From the NCBI GenBank assembly GCA_965644295.1, contig CBFFRP010000532.1:54224-118223 (forward strand): DNA of 64,000 bases. Direction: 5' to 3'. The stretch comes from Paraphysomonas bandaiensis. Taxonomy: Eukaryota; Protista; Chrysophyceae. Made by a program: the position numbers and the translations under genes. Below are positions 39,348-52,439 of this stretch, piece after piece. Under the pieces are notes generated by a model. That model saw only the letters and a list, made by a program, of their open reading frames with translations, was not told the DNA's origin and did no database searches. Every line of letters begins with the position of its first letter. Position 1 is the first letter of the stretch.

Positions 39348-40341
39348 TCATGTTGCACCAATTGCGAGTCCTCCGTCGATATTAAAACAATGTCCTGTTA
39401 TGTAAGCACCAGCTGGGTCAAGGGCCAAGAATGCCACAAGACTCGAAACTTCCTCCGGAGTACCAAGTCGCTTCAGTGGTATCTGAGGAATAATTTTCTC
39501 GGAATCCATTTTATCTGTCATGCCTGTATCAATATACCCCGGACAAACTGCGTTGACACACACATTACGAACAGCGAATTCCTTAGCCAGCGACCGAGTG
39601 AGTCCCAAAACCCCACCTTTGGAAGCAGCATAATTCGCCTGGCCTGGATTGCCTATTTGTCCAACAATAGATGAGATGTTAATAATTCTACCGCTGCGTT
39701 TCTTCATCATTGAAGTTAAAAATGCCTGCTGGGAACAGTAGAATGTGCCGTTTAGGTTTAAATTCACCACGTCACTGAAATCACCAGGTGACATCTTTGC
39801 AGCTAGTTTGTCACGATTTATACCGGCATTATTAACCTTAAATGATAAATATAGAGTTGGAAAGCTTTATTTCGGTGAAATAATTTTACCTACCAATATG
39901 TCGACCGGCCCAATCGTTTCTAAAATTTGGGCAAATAGTACTTTAACCTCATCTGGGTCAGAACAATCAGATTGTATAGCAACTGCTTTGCTCTCTTCAG
40001 TTTGGTGAAAGCTATTTATAGTATTTATAACGTCCTGGATGCATTAACATGTTAGACAGCACTGAGGGTGTTCCAAAGTACCTTTGCTGCCTGAGAATTA
40101 GACGCGTAAGTGACTACAACTTTGCACCCATGTCTCGCCAGTTGTAATGCGATTGCGCGACCAATTCCTGCCATAAACACATTATTTTTCAATTAGCATA
40201 TAGAATACTGCGTTCTAAAATGAAACCTCGGCTTGATCCTGTAACGAGGGCTACCTTCTGCTCCTGTAATGTGGAAAATCCTAATTTATGAAGCCCCGAA
40301 CTAAAGGCGTGCAATCGCAGCCGCACTCCTAATCTATGCAT
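39348..40341 (-). CDS. fabG: 3-oxoacyl-ACP reductase (SDR), probably organelle-targeted; 3 introns
   Basis: KVALVTGSSRG|IG across intron 40168-40226, NNAGI, IINISS, GQANYAASKGG, VCPGYIDTGMT; Arg-rich N-terminal presequence MHRLGVRLRLHAF. Confidence 0.9.
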
Positions 40342-40678
40342 ATCTACCCTAAATGTTGATCACTTTTAGGTGATAAGAATGCTCATAATCGGCACACTTC
40401 TAAAGCACTCGTAGCTGTTTAGAATCCTGTATGGATAGATGCATCTCCCATATATATATATGTGACTGTGCGTATATATGGAGGGGGTCCACCATCTGCA
40501 GGAGGCAATGTAAAGAATATCTATATCAAATGAAACAAGAGCATCGGTGGTAGCTTACGTATGATTGGATTATAAATTGAAATGGTGGTTTCTTTTTTTT
40601 ATATGGTGTGAGTTTGTACTGCTGTGTACAGCAGTATATGTATACAGACATACGTATACAGCGGCAGCAGTACAGTTC

Positions 40679-40756
40679 CATACATACATACATACATACA
40701 TACATACATACATACATACATACATACATACATACATACATACATACATACATACA
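40679..40756. repeat. (TACA)n microsatellite, ~19 units
   Basis: Perfect tetranucleotide tract in the divergent fabG / IQ-gene intergenic region. Confidence 0.97.
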
Positions 40757-41010
40757 CAGAGCTTGTATGGGGATCTCTGTTACTATGAGCTCGTCGCTGT
40801 TGTTGTATATTACCTGCCACACACTGCAGATATGAGGCAGCCGCGTAGAACTGTTCATTGTTATGATTAGTGCGGCCTTGTCAATGGGTAGCGTGACATA
40901 TTGATCGCATGGTCTTATATGAGTACAGGTCTCTGTGTGTCGCTCTCTATACCACACATGAGATGAGATGAGATAAGAGTAAAGGCGTTTGAAATCATAT
41001 TGATGCATTG

Positions 41011-44000
41011 ATGAGTAGGAAAGAAGCGACTATGACTACGAGTTCATCTGCAAACTGTGTTTCTGAAATAGTGTGTGTGTTTCCCGCTGGAAATTCGCTT
41101 GGCATCACATTCGAATGGGACGAAGGTTTAAAAGTGACAGATGTGCTTCCTATCGAGGATAGTGAGAGCAATAGAGATGTCAGTGATGGTGTTGTGAGTT
41201 GTACGAATGGGTCAGGGGAATCAAAGCACCCTGAAACATACTCTCCTGAAGCATCAGCAGTATCGTCTAGTTTCGAGCCGATTAATCGTTCAAAACTTTC
41301 GCCAGGGGATATTCTTGTATCTGTTAATGGGTGTAATGTGCTGAATATGACATTTGATGAAGTTGTTGCATTACTTAGGGCGTCAGAGACTGAGCAGCGA
41401 TCGTTGGTGTTTCATCATGTTCTCACTGAAACTGTTGCCAGTGTAAGTGTTCCAGAATCACGTATAAATACTGCAGAATCCAAAATTTCGCAAGCTGACG
41501 AGGAGAGTTTATCAAGCAACACAAGCCAGTCCCTTCTTCCTAACTGCACCGTTATGCACTCTAATATATCTCATGCTCTCAATTCTTCAACGAAACTTCG
41601 TGCCTTACATGTGAACGTTGTGAATTTGAGCTATTGGTACAAACAACGAAGTTTGCTAGGTGGTAGGAAGCATAATGCCCTGATTGTGCAGCAAAACTCC
41701 CAGTCAATGAGGTGGGAATCTGCTATGTTTGTCTACCGTCCGCGGGAGGATACAGGTGACATGGCACCCCAGAGGAAGTTCCTGTCTACTCACAGTTCGA
41801 AATGGAGCGCTTATCGCCACTGCGAGTCATGTACCAAAGAGCGGGACTCCAACCCAGCGTTAAGTAAAAAGCTGGGTGCAACTATCGTTGCTCCTGAGAA
41901 CATACTCGATACACACTATCGCATCATTGTTGTAAGCGAGGTGTTTTATCGAATGAAACACGTTGATAGAGTTGCTCTGGTGTACTCGGAGCTCCTGCGA
42001 GAGATTGGAACTCAGGCGAATCCTGATTACTCACCAGAATCTGGAGAAGGGCATGCTCCGCCGGGATATATGAATTTATTTCACACTATTGGTCGAAATG
42101 TGTGTAATCTTCCTCTTTTCCGGTTCATTGTGACCAAGAAGCCCTTGAATTTGATCATTGAGGCCATCACACCTTCCCAATGGAAGCCCCACATATATCC
42201 TGCTCCTCTATCAGAGCGTTTTGGAAACAGTCATGGTGAGTTCCGCGCCCTTCAAGTAGAACCTGCAGCGCGAGATAAGAGCCACAGAAATCGCGTAATG
42301 ACTCTCACCAATAAGGCCAATGACCGAGGTCCCTTCAATACTCCTGCTACACCAGGTAGCGCAGATGGACGACGCACATCAGATGACCTGCAACAAGCAT
42401 CTGCCGAGCTACTTGGGCTTGATTCTGAGGTTCTAGCTAAACAGTTTCGAAAGAAAACTGGAGGGGTATACGGTCATTTTTTCAAGGACCTTACTCCTTC
42501 TGTAAGGGATATGGTCATGCAGCAGTTCGTTGAGAATAAGAAGATGATTCAGAAGGAAGGCGCCCGTATGAAGGGAATGGGCAAACGCCGTGTAAATATA
42601 TCTGATATGTGTCAACCGAAAACGACTATGTCTATCATGCGTGCCAAACTCAAGGCGTCGATGAATACGGCTGACTACGACAAAGGTACGAATTCGGAAG
42701 AGGAAATGCTGGAGGAGTTTCTAATAGCAGCGAAGCGAACTGAACGAGTGGCTATTCGTCTACAGCGGATGTACCGTATGCGAGCTGTGCGTATAGTGCA
42801 GCACAAGCTCTGGCGGGAACAGTGGGCAGCGATTTCGATACAACGAATCGTTCGAGGCCGATTTGCCAGACTCTACTATAGGCTTCTGAAAAAGCTAGTA
42901 CCAATTGCTATTAAGCGAATTATCGTGACGTATAGATATTATCAACGCAAGAAGCGCTTGGAGCAGTGGTTCATTTTAGTAAAGAAAGCCACACTTGTAA
43001 TTGCGCCCATTTTGAAAAAATTTGTACGCAAATGTGTATCACGTTGGATGAAGCGATACAATACAGCAGCCAGAACAATTCAGACAGGACTGCGGATCCA
43101 CTTAGCCAAGATGGATTTTTATCGTCGTGTTGGACAACGGTTTCTAGACGTAGATGTGTATTGGGCGGTGGTATGCATACAGTCAACCTTTCGTGGTTTT
43201 TTGGGTCGCCGGAAGGTTGAGCTCATTATTCAGGAGCGTATGGCGAATGAAATCGACATTCCGGCGGCCATTTGCATGCAGAGGATCATTAGAGGCAAGA
43301 TTGGTCGAAGGATCTTAGCTCGCAAGAAACTTGAGCATTATGCAGCGATAAATATTCAAAAATATATGTTGAGATACCATGTACAACTATATTATATTCG
43401 CCTGAGGCGTGTTTTATTAGAGAAATTTAGCGCTATTCAGATACAGAGGATGTATAGGGGGCGTTTGGATAGAGAGTTGGCAGATCACAGGAGGCACGCC
43501 AAATGGTACCGCGAAAAGTTTATACCCGCAATTATATCAACTCAAGCTGTTGTCCGTATGCACATTCAGTTAAAAGCATTCCAAACATTTAAGCACCTTA
43601 ACCGTTCGGCATTAAAAATTCAGTTGGGATACCGTGTGTATAAAGCCCGGGTTAAGTTTAACGCTAGGTATCGAGAGTTCCTCCTCAAATTAAAGGGAAA
43701 AGTAGCTACGAAGATTCAGTGTATGGTTCGACGTTATCTAGCGAAGAAATATTTCAAAGAGAAGCTTTGGGGTGTTGTGAGTAAGCGTATGCTCGCCGCA
43801 AAAACGATCTTGCGCGCATGGGTGAACTTCACTGCTAGAAGACGTCTTGATCATCTTATGTCAGAACATAGAGCGCGGCTGCACCACGAAAAAACATTGA
43901 AAATGAAGAAATTACGAGAGGAAATTCTTGAAGACTTAATTGAGATTAGAAAGGATATTGAGGCTTCAAAGACTACCGAAAGCAAAGCTAGACATCGTGC

Positions 44001-45324
44001 GAAAGTGTTAGATAACTTCATAATTGAATCAGAGATGCGTATTCCTGACCTGGAAAACTCAATGGAGAATATTGATGCGGAAGATTTGGATAAAGGATGG
44101 GGAGAGGCATGGGGTACGGAATATGAAATGCTTATTCAACAGAAATCCATGGCCAGAGAGGAGCTTCGCCTTCGTCGTGTACAGCTCAAGAAAGCAGAAG
44201 ATGAGCAGGAGGAGCTGCATTTGGAGCTGGAAGATACTGAGCTCGAACTAGATCGCGTTGCGACAAGTGAAGTAGCATCGTATGAGTTCCTTCGACAGAG
44301 TGAAATCAATGAAATTTATAAACGTCTTAAAAGAATCAGAGATAGAGAGATTCGAATTGAGAAAACAAGATGGGGCATTCATTCGAAGCGTGTTAAAGTC
44401 ATTCACAGAAAGCGAAATTACTTTCAAGGAATCAGAGAAAAGGTACGATACGCAGACATGAACAATGTACACGAAGTTTGTTTCTCGGTTGTATTCATAG
44501 TGCAATTTTCTAGACTCAGGAGTCGCGTGGCTTACCGTATGCAACTTCTGTTGCATTCGAAACAAAGGCACTCCAGTGGGACAAGGAGGATATTATCACG
44601 AGGCGGAAAGAAAGAAGGGCGTACAGGGATCTTACCAAAGATGTCTACAGGTCAGACAAGCGCATTTGTGATGTGGGTCGTATATGTTATTCTGCATTTT
44701 TGTATTGTGGTGCATTTACTATAGTCGTTTGTTGTACTGATTGGATATAGCGTATTCAATTTGGAATGCCTCATTGATTTTTACACGTTGTTGTCATGAG
44801 AATTCTCGCTATATTTTCCTGTATGCGGTTCGTCAGTAATATTCGTTCTATGAAGTGTGTTTTGTGTTGGAATCGCCTGTTTCTTGTTGTGATGTAGCTG
44901 ATATATCTCCACGCGCTCATTGGTGTGTGTTAGATACGAAGACTACGCTGGGCCCGTACAAGAGACGTTCGACGATGTGGTGTCGAACTCTCTATCTCTT
45001 CTTCGTCATATGACTTTGGACGAACGTGTACATCGTATGCAAGTTGGGTTTGCCAACAAACAGGTAACACTGTCCATCCTTCATTATGACAATGGAGAGT
45101 TGCCGGGTTTACCAACACATCACATTAAGATATTGATGTGTTTTATATCATGTCTGATTTTATGTATACTCACACATTTTGACCTGCTCCTCATTCTTTG
45201 TTCGGTTCTATGACAGAAAGAGAAGCGTAAGAAGAAGGGCGGTCTTACTTTTGCGCTGAAGCCTCATTTTAAAGGCGAGGAGAAAGTTTCTGCGTTTCAA
45301 TATTTAAACAGTAGCGATACGTAG
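41011..45324 (+). CDS. Large protein with PDZ-like domain, insertion-split BolA-like domain, multiple IQ motifs and coiled coil
   Basis: PDZ: SLGITF...LSPGDILVSVNGCNVLNMTFDEVVALLR; IQ motifs (IQRIVRGRFAR, IQSTFRGFLGRR, IQRMYRGRLDR); introns 44443-44513, 44651-44933 and 45064-45216 give a stop at 45322-45324. Confidence 0.8.
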
Positions 45325-46157
45325 CTGTTTTGGCCAGTTGGATGTGTATATTATATGGTAGTTATGATTTAAAGTGAAGTATATATATCGCTTCCAAAGT
45401 ACTGTGTTTACATATTGTATGGAAATCTACGTGCGTTAATAAATATGTGTTATCAATTATTATGCTGATTTAGTTTTACGTAAAAACACGTGAAATTTTG
45501 GCTTTGAGTGCGTTTTTCAATGGTTGGGTGCTAGGTTGTAGTATTTAGTACGAATGGGATGGCAATATTAGAAACAATATGGGAGTGTGAAATATGTAAA
45601 ATTACCATTCCCTATGCCTATGTATAGATACATTGATGTAAAACAATACTTTGATTTTTCATTTTTAATCAGGGAGCACATATTTCCTGTAACAGCATGC
45701 AGGACGCAGGCTACAACTAGCTATATATGTTCTAGGTTCTAGATATATTAGGCTTTCAACATTATGAGAATATGCTACAATTTAACCTAGGGATAAGGAA
45801 TATCATCCCTTCTCTCGGGCTTTCAAAATTTAGTGCGCAGGATAATATAGCCTCCTTACTCCTTATTACCCGTGAATAAATCTAACTATCTTGTTTAATT
45901 ATTAGCAACAGGTTAAGTATCTTAATACTATGACTAAAGTATCATTTGAATAGAGTGACCTCATTACTGTATATCCAAGTTAAATGTTTTATCCTCATCA
46001 TCATCATATATGTTGAGCTTTGCTGTTTGTTAGCATTTAAAAGCTGTATTTTAAGGTATTGTTAGCTTAAGAATACAGTCGAGGTAATACTATATAGGTA
46101 ATATGAATTCATGATATGTATAAATTATGTCAATCTAAGATCTGATATTATTAATAG

Positions 46158-46522
46158 GTAGTGAATGTCTGATTATTAGCAATAGGTGTGTAAGAGTCAG
46201 AGCTAATGTAGCAAACTATTTAACTAACTAGTGCTTAACTCTTATATCCTAGTATTATGCGCTACGAAAGCTGCTTGTGCATCACCGAAAACACCAAGGT
46301 GCAACCACTTTCGTTTTCTATCCTTAAGGTGATCTAGCCCGGATGCTTGACACTAGTAGGCAGCCCAATATCCCGGATGCCCTTGAGGTGGGCCCATTCC
46401 CGGATGCATGCTTATTCGTCAATGCCCAAAGACGTCTACTACACAAGTGACACCTCTTCTTAGTGTCCCTTGAACCACACAAGCATTTGGCTATGAGTAG
46501 ACAGAAAATTATTTACTGACTA
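46158..46522 (-). mobile_element. 5'-truncated copy of the retroposon
   Basis: AGTGAATGTCTGATTATTAGCAATAGG end, GCTACGAAAGCTGCTTGTGC...CCAAGGTGC core, CCCGGATGC motifs; lacks the ribozyme end. Confidence 0.78.
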
Positions 46523-46528
46523 CATATG

Positions 46529-46615
46529 TTAGCAATAGGCGTGTTAGAGTCAGGACTGATGTAGCAAAACAATTTAACTAACTGGTGCTTAACTATTGTA
46601 TCCTAGTATTTTGCG
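46529..46615 (-). mobile_element. Short 3'-end stub of the same retroposon
   Basis: Imperfect ~87-bp direct repeat of 46175-46261 (TTAGCAATAGG...TATCCTAGTAT). Confidence 0.65.
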
Positions 46616-47105
46616 AGTATGTATGATTCTATGTGGTATATATGCATCTGGCCATACATATTGACTAGTCTTCTGAAATCGCTATTGTATTAAGAGCATC
46701 TGATCACGTACTCTTTGGCAACACCGAAGAATTAACATCCTGGGAGAATACAACAATGAATGTAAAAATTAGATACAGATATAGAGTAATGACATCAAAA
46801 CGATGGATGCATATAGTATCACACACTATGCTTTACCCGAGTACATAATAAATGTATAATTATAATACAAAGCGTAAAAATAAGTTGTAGCATTGGATGC
46901 TAAAACATAGAATCTCAGTAATTCGTATTATTACGTCAAGCCAATGCATCAGGTGTCTAATTAACACATCACAATGGACTTAAATAATGAAACTAACCAA
47001 AACTCGTAGCGGTCCTGATAATAATATCACGGTTGTAACAACATATCTTCAGTCATAAAACACTTAAAACGCTTTCAAGCATTCATACAAGGTTACCCAT
47101 ACAAT

Positions 47106-48146
47106 CTAGCAGTACAGATCCAACCACCCGTACAGCTCCTCATCAGTGAATTCCAAATGGTTTCCTTCGGTAGAGTTGAAGAAAATTTTGCCAGCTTCAT
47201 CCGCGGTGCGTAAGCCAAACAAGTCATTTTTATACCACGACGTTTCCTTCATTGTAAGTATCGTTTCGTAGTCTTCATCAAACGCTCCAAACCACTCGCC
47301 CTCACGAGGAACCACCACACTGTCTGCATTAGCTTTGATCATTGCAAATGTTGATGTCTTTGCGAAATTGGAGTTGATTTCAGAGTTGGGGGTAAAATCT
47401 TCGTTATTCCAATCCCCCATTTGGGAGTACGTTTTATATTCCTCTGTATTCACGTAGTTTACATCACGATAATAGTCTGCTTGAAATAAAATATTTTGTA
47501 CTGGTGCGTTGTACGCCATTTTACCAAGGATATCTGACACCTCTTGACAGAGCGTTCCATGAGATCCGTCCGGATAGCAATGCGGCAATGCAGCAACTCC
47601 CACCACAGGTCCATGAATTGAAAGATGTGTACTAACGGGTGGATCATTATAACGTTGAATATATCCACGACAAATATTATTTCCTTGAGATAATCCAATA
47701 CAATTGAAGCCTTTCGACAGCAAGGGGTCGGCGCGTACCTTCTCCGCAAAAACATCAACATTTTCATTCATACTCATTAGAAACCCATTAATAGTATCCT
47801 CTGAACGAGTGTCTCCTGTCGGAATGCATACGCTGTAGACCCCAAGGTACTCCCCGCTCTCTTGAGTGATGGACTTCATGCCGCTGTTAAAGCAAGAGTC
47901 TCCCATGCCGTGCAGAAACACCAGAGGAAGATCGTTGCCATCATTTCTCCCCTGGGTACCTCTTCTATGTCTTTCAGAAGAGTCTGAGTCGAATTCTGGA
48001 GATATCTGAGCGAGCTCACTGGATCTTATCTCCTCTGCGAATGATGAGACATCAGACAGACGAGACACAAGAGAGGACACACTGATATCATAAGATACCA
48101 CATACGCCCAGGGAACTGCAAGGAGAGAGAAGGAGAATCGTACCAT
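47106..48146 (-). CDS. PPT1: Palmitoyl-protein thioesterase 1
   Basis: Signal peptide; PLVFLHGMGDSC, GFNCIGLSQG nucleophile elbow, DSVVVPRE and GNHL catalytic motifs; single ORF. Confidence 0.93.
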   Translation of the reverse strand: MVRFSFSLLAVPWAYVVSYDISVSSLVSRLSDVSSFAEEIRSSELAQISPEFDSDSSERHRRGTQGRNDGNDLPLVFLHGMGDSCFNSGMKSITQESGEYLGVYSVCIPTGDTRSEDTINGFLMSMNENVDVFAEKVRADPLLSKGFNCIGLSQGNNICRGYIQRYNDPPVSTHLSIHGPVVGVAALPHCYPDGSHGTLCQEVSDILGKMAYNAPVQNILFQADYYRDVNYVNTEEYKTYSQMGDWNNEDFTPNSEINSNFAKTSTFAMIKANADSVVVPREGEWFGAFDEDYETILTMKETSWYKNDLFGLRTADEAGKIFFNSTEGNHLEFTDEELYGWLDLYC

Positions 48147-48230
48147 GATTTGGATTATTAGGAACGAATGATACTAACACAACATACCAATACCATACCA
48201 TACTATGATACACCTACCTCCTACCTACCG

Positions 48231-48309
48231 ACATACATACATACATACATACATACCTACATACATACATACATACCTACATACATACATACATACATAC
48301 ATACATACA

Positions 48310-48343
<34 letters not shown>

Positions 48344-48593
48344 CATACATACATACATACATACATACATACATACATACATACATACATACATACATAC
48401 ATACATACATACATACATACATACATACCTACATACATACATACATACATACATACATACATACATACATACATACATACATACATACATACATACATAC
48501 ATACATACATACATACATACATACATACATACCTACATACATACATACATACATACATACATACATACATACATACATACCTACATACATACA
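48231..48593. repeat. (TACA)n microsatellite, ~360 bp, with rare TACC/TATA variants
   Basis: Direct reading; fills most of the PPT1 / RBM26-like divergent intergenic region. Confidence 0.97.
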
Positions 48594-48708
48594 CTGGTAT
48601 ACACACACCATCTCTGCCCCACATGCATGCACTAGCATCCACTGGGAGCAGTTCACGAGATAGTGCATAAATATCACCCTCAAATACCTAAACCTTTTGT
48701 AAACACAA

Positions 48709-51418
48709 ATGGATGACCTAGACGAAGCTCTCTTGCTTCCCTGGATATCGGTGGAACTCGAGCCGATGTAAGTATTATTACTGTCATGTATTCGTGTGTA
48801 ACATGCCTGCAGATGCAGTGTGGACCCTGATGTTCTCGCGAAGTTCGTATATGCTCTACTAACACACGACTCTGATAGCGGGGGAGACATGAAGTCTCAC
48901 TGTATAAGCGAGTTGAGAGATTTCTTGAAAGATGATACGGAAGAGTTCGTTGAGTCTCTCTTTAATGCTATCGAAAGTAAGGATGGATATGTACTTGCCG
49001 GATACTGTTTGTGTGTTTATATTTCTTGTTTGTTAATTATGCTGAAAAATCTTAATCGTCGTGTACTTAGGTGGGTCATACAAGCTGTCGAACCAAGAGA
49101 GAAATTATGATAATGAGTACGCGGAGGAGGTGTGTGATGTTGTAGGATTAATTAATTCTCTGACTATGCTAGCAGGATGAGGATGAGGATGATAGGCCCG
49201 CTTGGAGAAGGCGTCACCAAAGTAGAGATGGATCTGATGATGAGGATGGGTATAATGAAGATAGCTATAGAAGGCGAACCTGGGACAGACGAGAAGACTC
49301 CTCTGTGAAGCGCAGACGGTGTGATTGGGAATAATTGTCTGATGTTACCGTTTGACTGTTGGATGTGCTTTTATCAGGTATGACGATAAACCCTATGCAG
49401 ATGACCGCGATCGGGGGGACAATGGATCAAGCTCTCGCCCTACGCAGTCAAGCCGTGACGGACAGCAGCATAAGAGATGGGAAGGAGATCGCCGCGGTGG
49501 ATATGGCAATGGTGCTCATCTTTCTGGACAAGGGCAGGGTTATTATCCGCAAGGTGTAAGTATGGGGTACGGTATGGGCGGGGGAATGGGAATGTATGGT
49601 GGTCGTGGTATGGGTATGAATTATGGAATGGGGCCTGGATGGGGGCCGGGGGGAATGGGTATGTATGGGGGGATGCCTATGGGCATGGGTCCTGGGTATG
49701 GGGGATATGGCGGCGGAAATAGGTGGGGGGGGGCTATGGGTCCAGGGCCTAGTCCTAACCCATCTGCTCCATTACCAAGTGCGCCAAATGCAGCGGGCAT
49801 GCCTCGAGTAAATGCTCTACTCGGTATCTCGTCTGATGGGCAGCGAAAGGATGATGAAGGAGTATCCAATTCCCCTCCATCGGGACCGATCCCTAATCCT
49901 CCATTGCCTCCAGGGCGTCCTCCACATGGTATGCACGGACCGGGTCATATGACCGGTCGGTGGGCCGGTGCACAGGAGGAGATATGTACCGTACGCTGCA
50001 CGGGTATCCCACAGTACGTCAAGGAAGCTGACCTTTATGGTCACTTCGCCAAATTCGGGCGTGTTGTCAAACTGGCGCTACATCGGTTCCAAGAGACAGA
50101 TGTAGACCCACAACTGCACGGTAAAGTGTACAACGAGTGCATGGTACAATATCAAGAAGCGGAACAGTGCCGGAAGTGTCTGCAGTCTCCCGCTTCAGTG
50201 CTGAATAATCGATTCATTAAACTGTTCGCAGCTCAGCACAACATCATTCCACTCTCTGATGTTGAGGGGGTATTAGAGCGTGGCGAGGAAGTTTACCCTG
50301 GTGCGGTGAATGACGAACAGAGTGGCCTGTGGGATAGTGCGGGAGGTGAATGGGGAGGACGGGGCGGGCGTGGAAGAGGTAGGGGAAGGGGTAGAGGCCG
50401 GGGATGGCCTATGTCTGGCAGAGGGTACTCAAGTAATGCTCCACTCCCAGCAGTAGAGACTGAGGGCGGAGCTGAGAACCAGGACCAGAGTGGAGATTCT
50501 GCCGAGGCCACTCCATCTACTCCGCGAGAAAAGACGCCAACACATGCACAGTTAGAGAAGGAACGCCTGCGTGGAATGGTGGTGCAGCAGTACGATGACC
50601 TTCGAACTTTGCGCCAGCAAGCGGAGAGCATATGGCGCCAGAAAGAAGATCTACTCCAGGGGCAGATAGACCAGTTCCGCTCTATGATGCAAAAGCTCGA
50701 GGAACTCCCAGCCAGTAGCGGGGATGATAAGGGCAAGATGCTTGAGACTCTAGAGGGAAAGATTATGTCTCTCCAATCCTCGCTTCGTGAGGTGAGACAG
50801 CAGAGAGAAAGTGGCGTCATGCCTGGATCATCAACTCATCCGGTTGGAGGGAGGGGTGGCAGAGGATATCGGGGAAGAGGAAGGGGAAGGGGTAGAGGTA
50901 GAGGACGCGCTATAGCTGGAAACAAGACCTTAGACATGCGATCCAAGGTTTTGAAGGTGTCAGATGCACCTTCAGATATGATTGACAACGCAGAACATCA
51001 TTTTTCCAGGTATGTGTTGTAGTAGACAGGAATACATATAGTGTTACATCTGTTTTGATATTTGGTATATTCTGTTATCTGTACAGATATGGACACGTTA
51101 CCAAAGTTACCCCGGAAGGAGATAATGGAGTAAAGGTCGAATTTGCCACTCGCCGCGACGCTGAAGTAGCTATGAAGCGGGGATCAAGTTACTCTGGTCA
51201 GAAGATCTCTGTGACGTGGTTTGAAGAACCATACAAAGCTCCTTCGGATACACAGAAGAGTCAAGACTCGGATGGTAGAGAATATTGAAATGCCACGATG
51301 TGTCAGTCTTACAGTGTAACGTGCAGGGGCCGTAAATACGGATACGGAGCAGCAGGGCAGTAGTGAAGTATCTGCAGCTGTCGAAGGAACTGACTGCACG
51401 GATACTACTACCGGTTAG
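48709..51418 (+). CDS. RBM26: RBM26/RBM27-like RNA-binding protein (PWI, RRM, RGG/RG repeats, coiled coil, second RRM); multi-exon
   Basis: LLLPWISVELEPI|CSVDPDVLAKFVYALL...ELRDFLKDDTEEFVESLF (PWI); LYGHFAKFG...ASVLNNRFIKLF (RBM26-type RRM); HHFSRYG...VEFATRRDAEVAM. Confidence 0.85.
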
Positions 51419-52439
51419 ATAATCTAGTAAGTTTTTGTCAGAAATACATGCACCTCATCTAGTAGATATTATCGGTTAGTTCAATAGAATACGGACCGTC
51501 CTGCGCATGCGTGTTAACTTCAACTATGGTGAAGTTGTATTTTAATTTATTTTTTCTATATATTCAAGGCACCGTACGAAAAAAGAAAGAATTAAATAAG
51601 AAGGACGATGCCATGCGATTGTTATGTACTGCTGCTTGATTTTAACTTATATTTGTGCGACCATATTTTGTTATTCACCAATGCTGAATAAAAATGAGTT
51701 ATAGTGCATTTCTTTCGCCGTAACATCGTTCAAGAGAGTCGACACATTAGATCTGATGCCTACCCCTAGCTTCTTGGATCAAATCCGTATGGTGACGCTG
51801 AGTCGAATCGAATAGACATACTTACCATGGGCTGCTCATCTATAGAGCATATATTGTGTTCAGTGAAAGTAGTATTAGTGTATGTAATATCCGTAGAGTT
51901 GTACCAAAGCTAATGTTGAGAAAGTCATAAGTCGGACCATACCATGTGCTCCTGCATTCTTGGCAAATTGCTCATTAATTATTAGAAAGTACCAGGGCTG
52001 CGTTACAATTAATTGGCAATAATAGGAATTGGGACAGATAATAAAAAACATTGCCATAACTATCACTTGTTATGTAGCCGGAAAGGGCCATTTAGTAGTA
52101 GCTACTCTTCTACTCTTTACGTAAAATCATAGTAGTAGTATAGCCCAAGAACCTCGAACTAATGCAGCACAGTTCAGGTAAGACATGCAGCAAATACAAA
52201 AATGGGAGAAAGGTATATCGCCATATAAACAGGAGTCTACCGTTCAGGTTAGTCTGCAGACTATTCGTTTTTTTCAAATTTGTGGCATAATACCAAAGGA
52301 TATACAGGTTACTGGTTAACAGTTAGTTTGACGACTTCTTGTATCTAAAAATAGTCCTCCTAATGGGAAGCTGGATATATTCTGAACATATTCTGAATAA
52401 GCGATTCTCCACTGATCCTTACCCCCTACTGAACCTGCT

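Noticed and set aside
48168-48890. HTYI / MYVC repeat ORFs (also near 40.6 kb and 61.8 kb)
   Set aside because: Translations of (TACA)n microsatellites
51818-51826. ATACTTACC matching the U1 snRNA 5' end
   Set aside because: Downstream sequence lacks U1 stem-loops and an Sm site; equally the reverse complement of a splice donor
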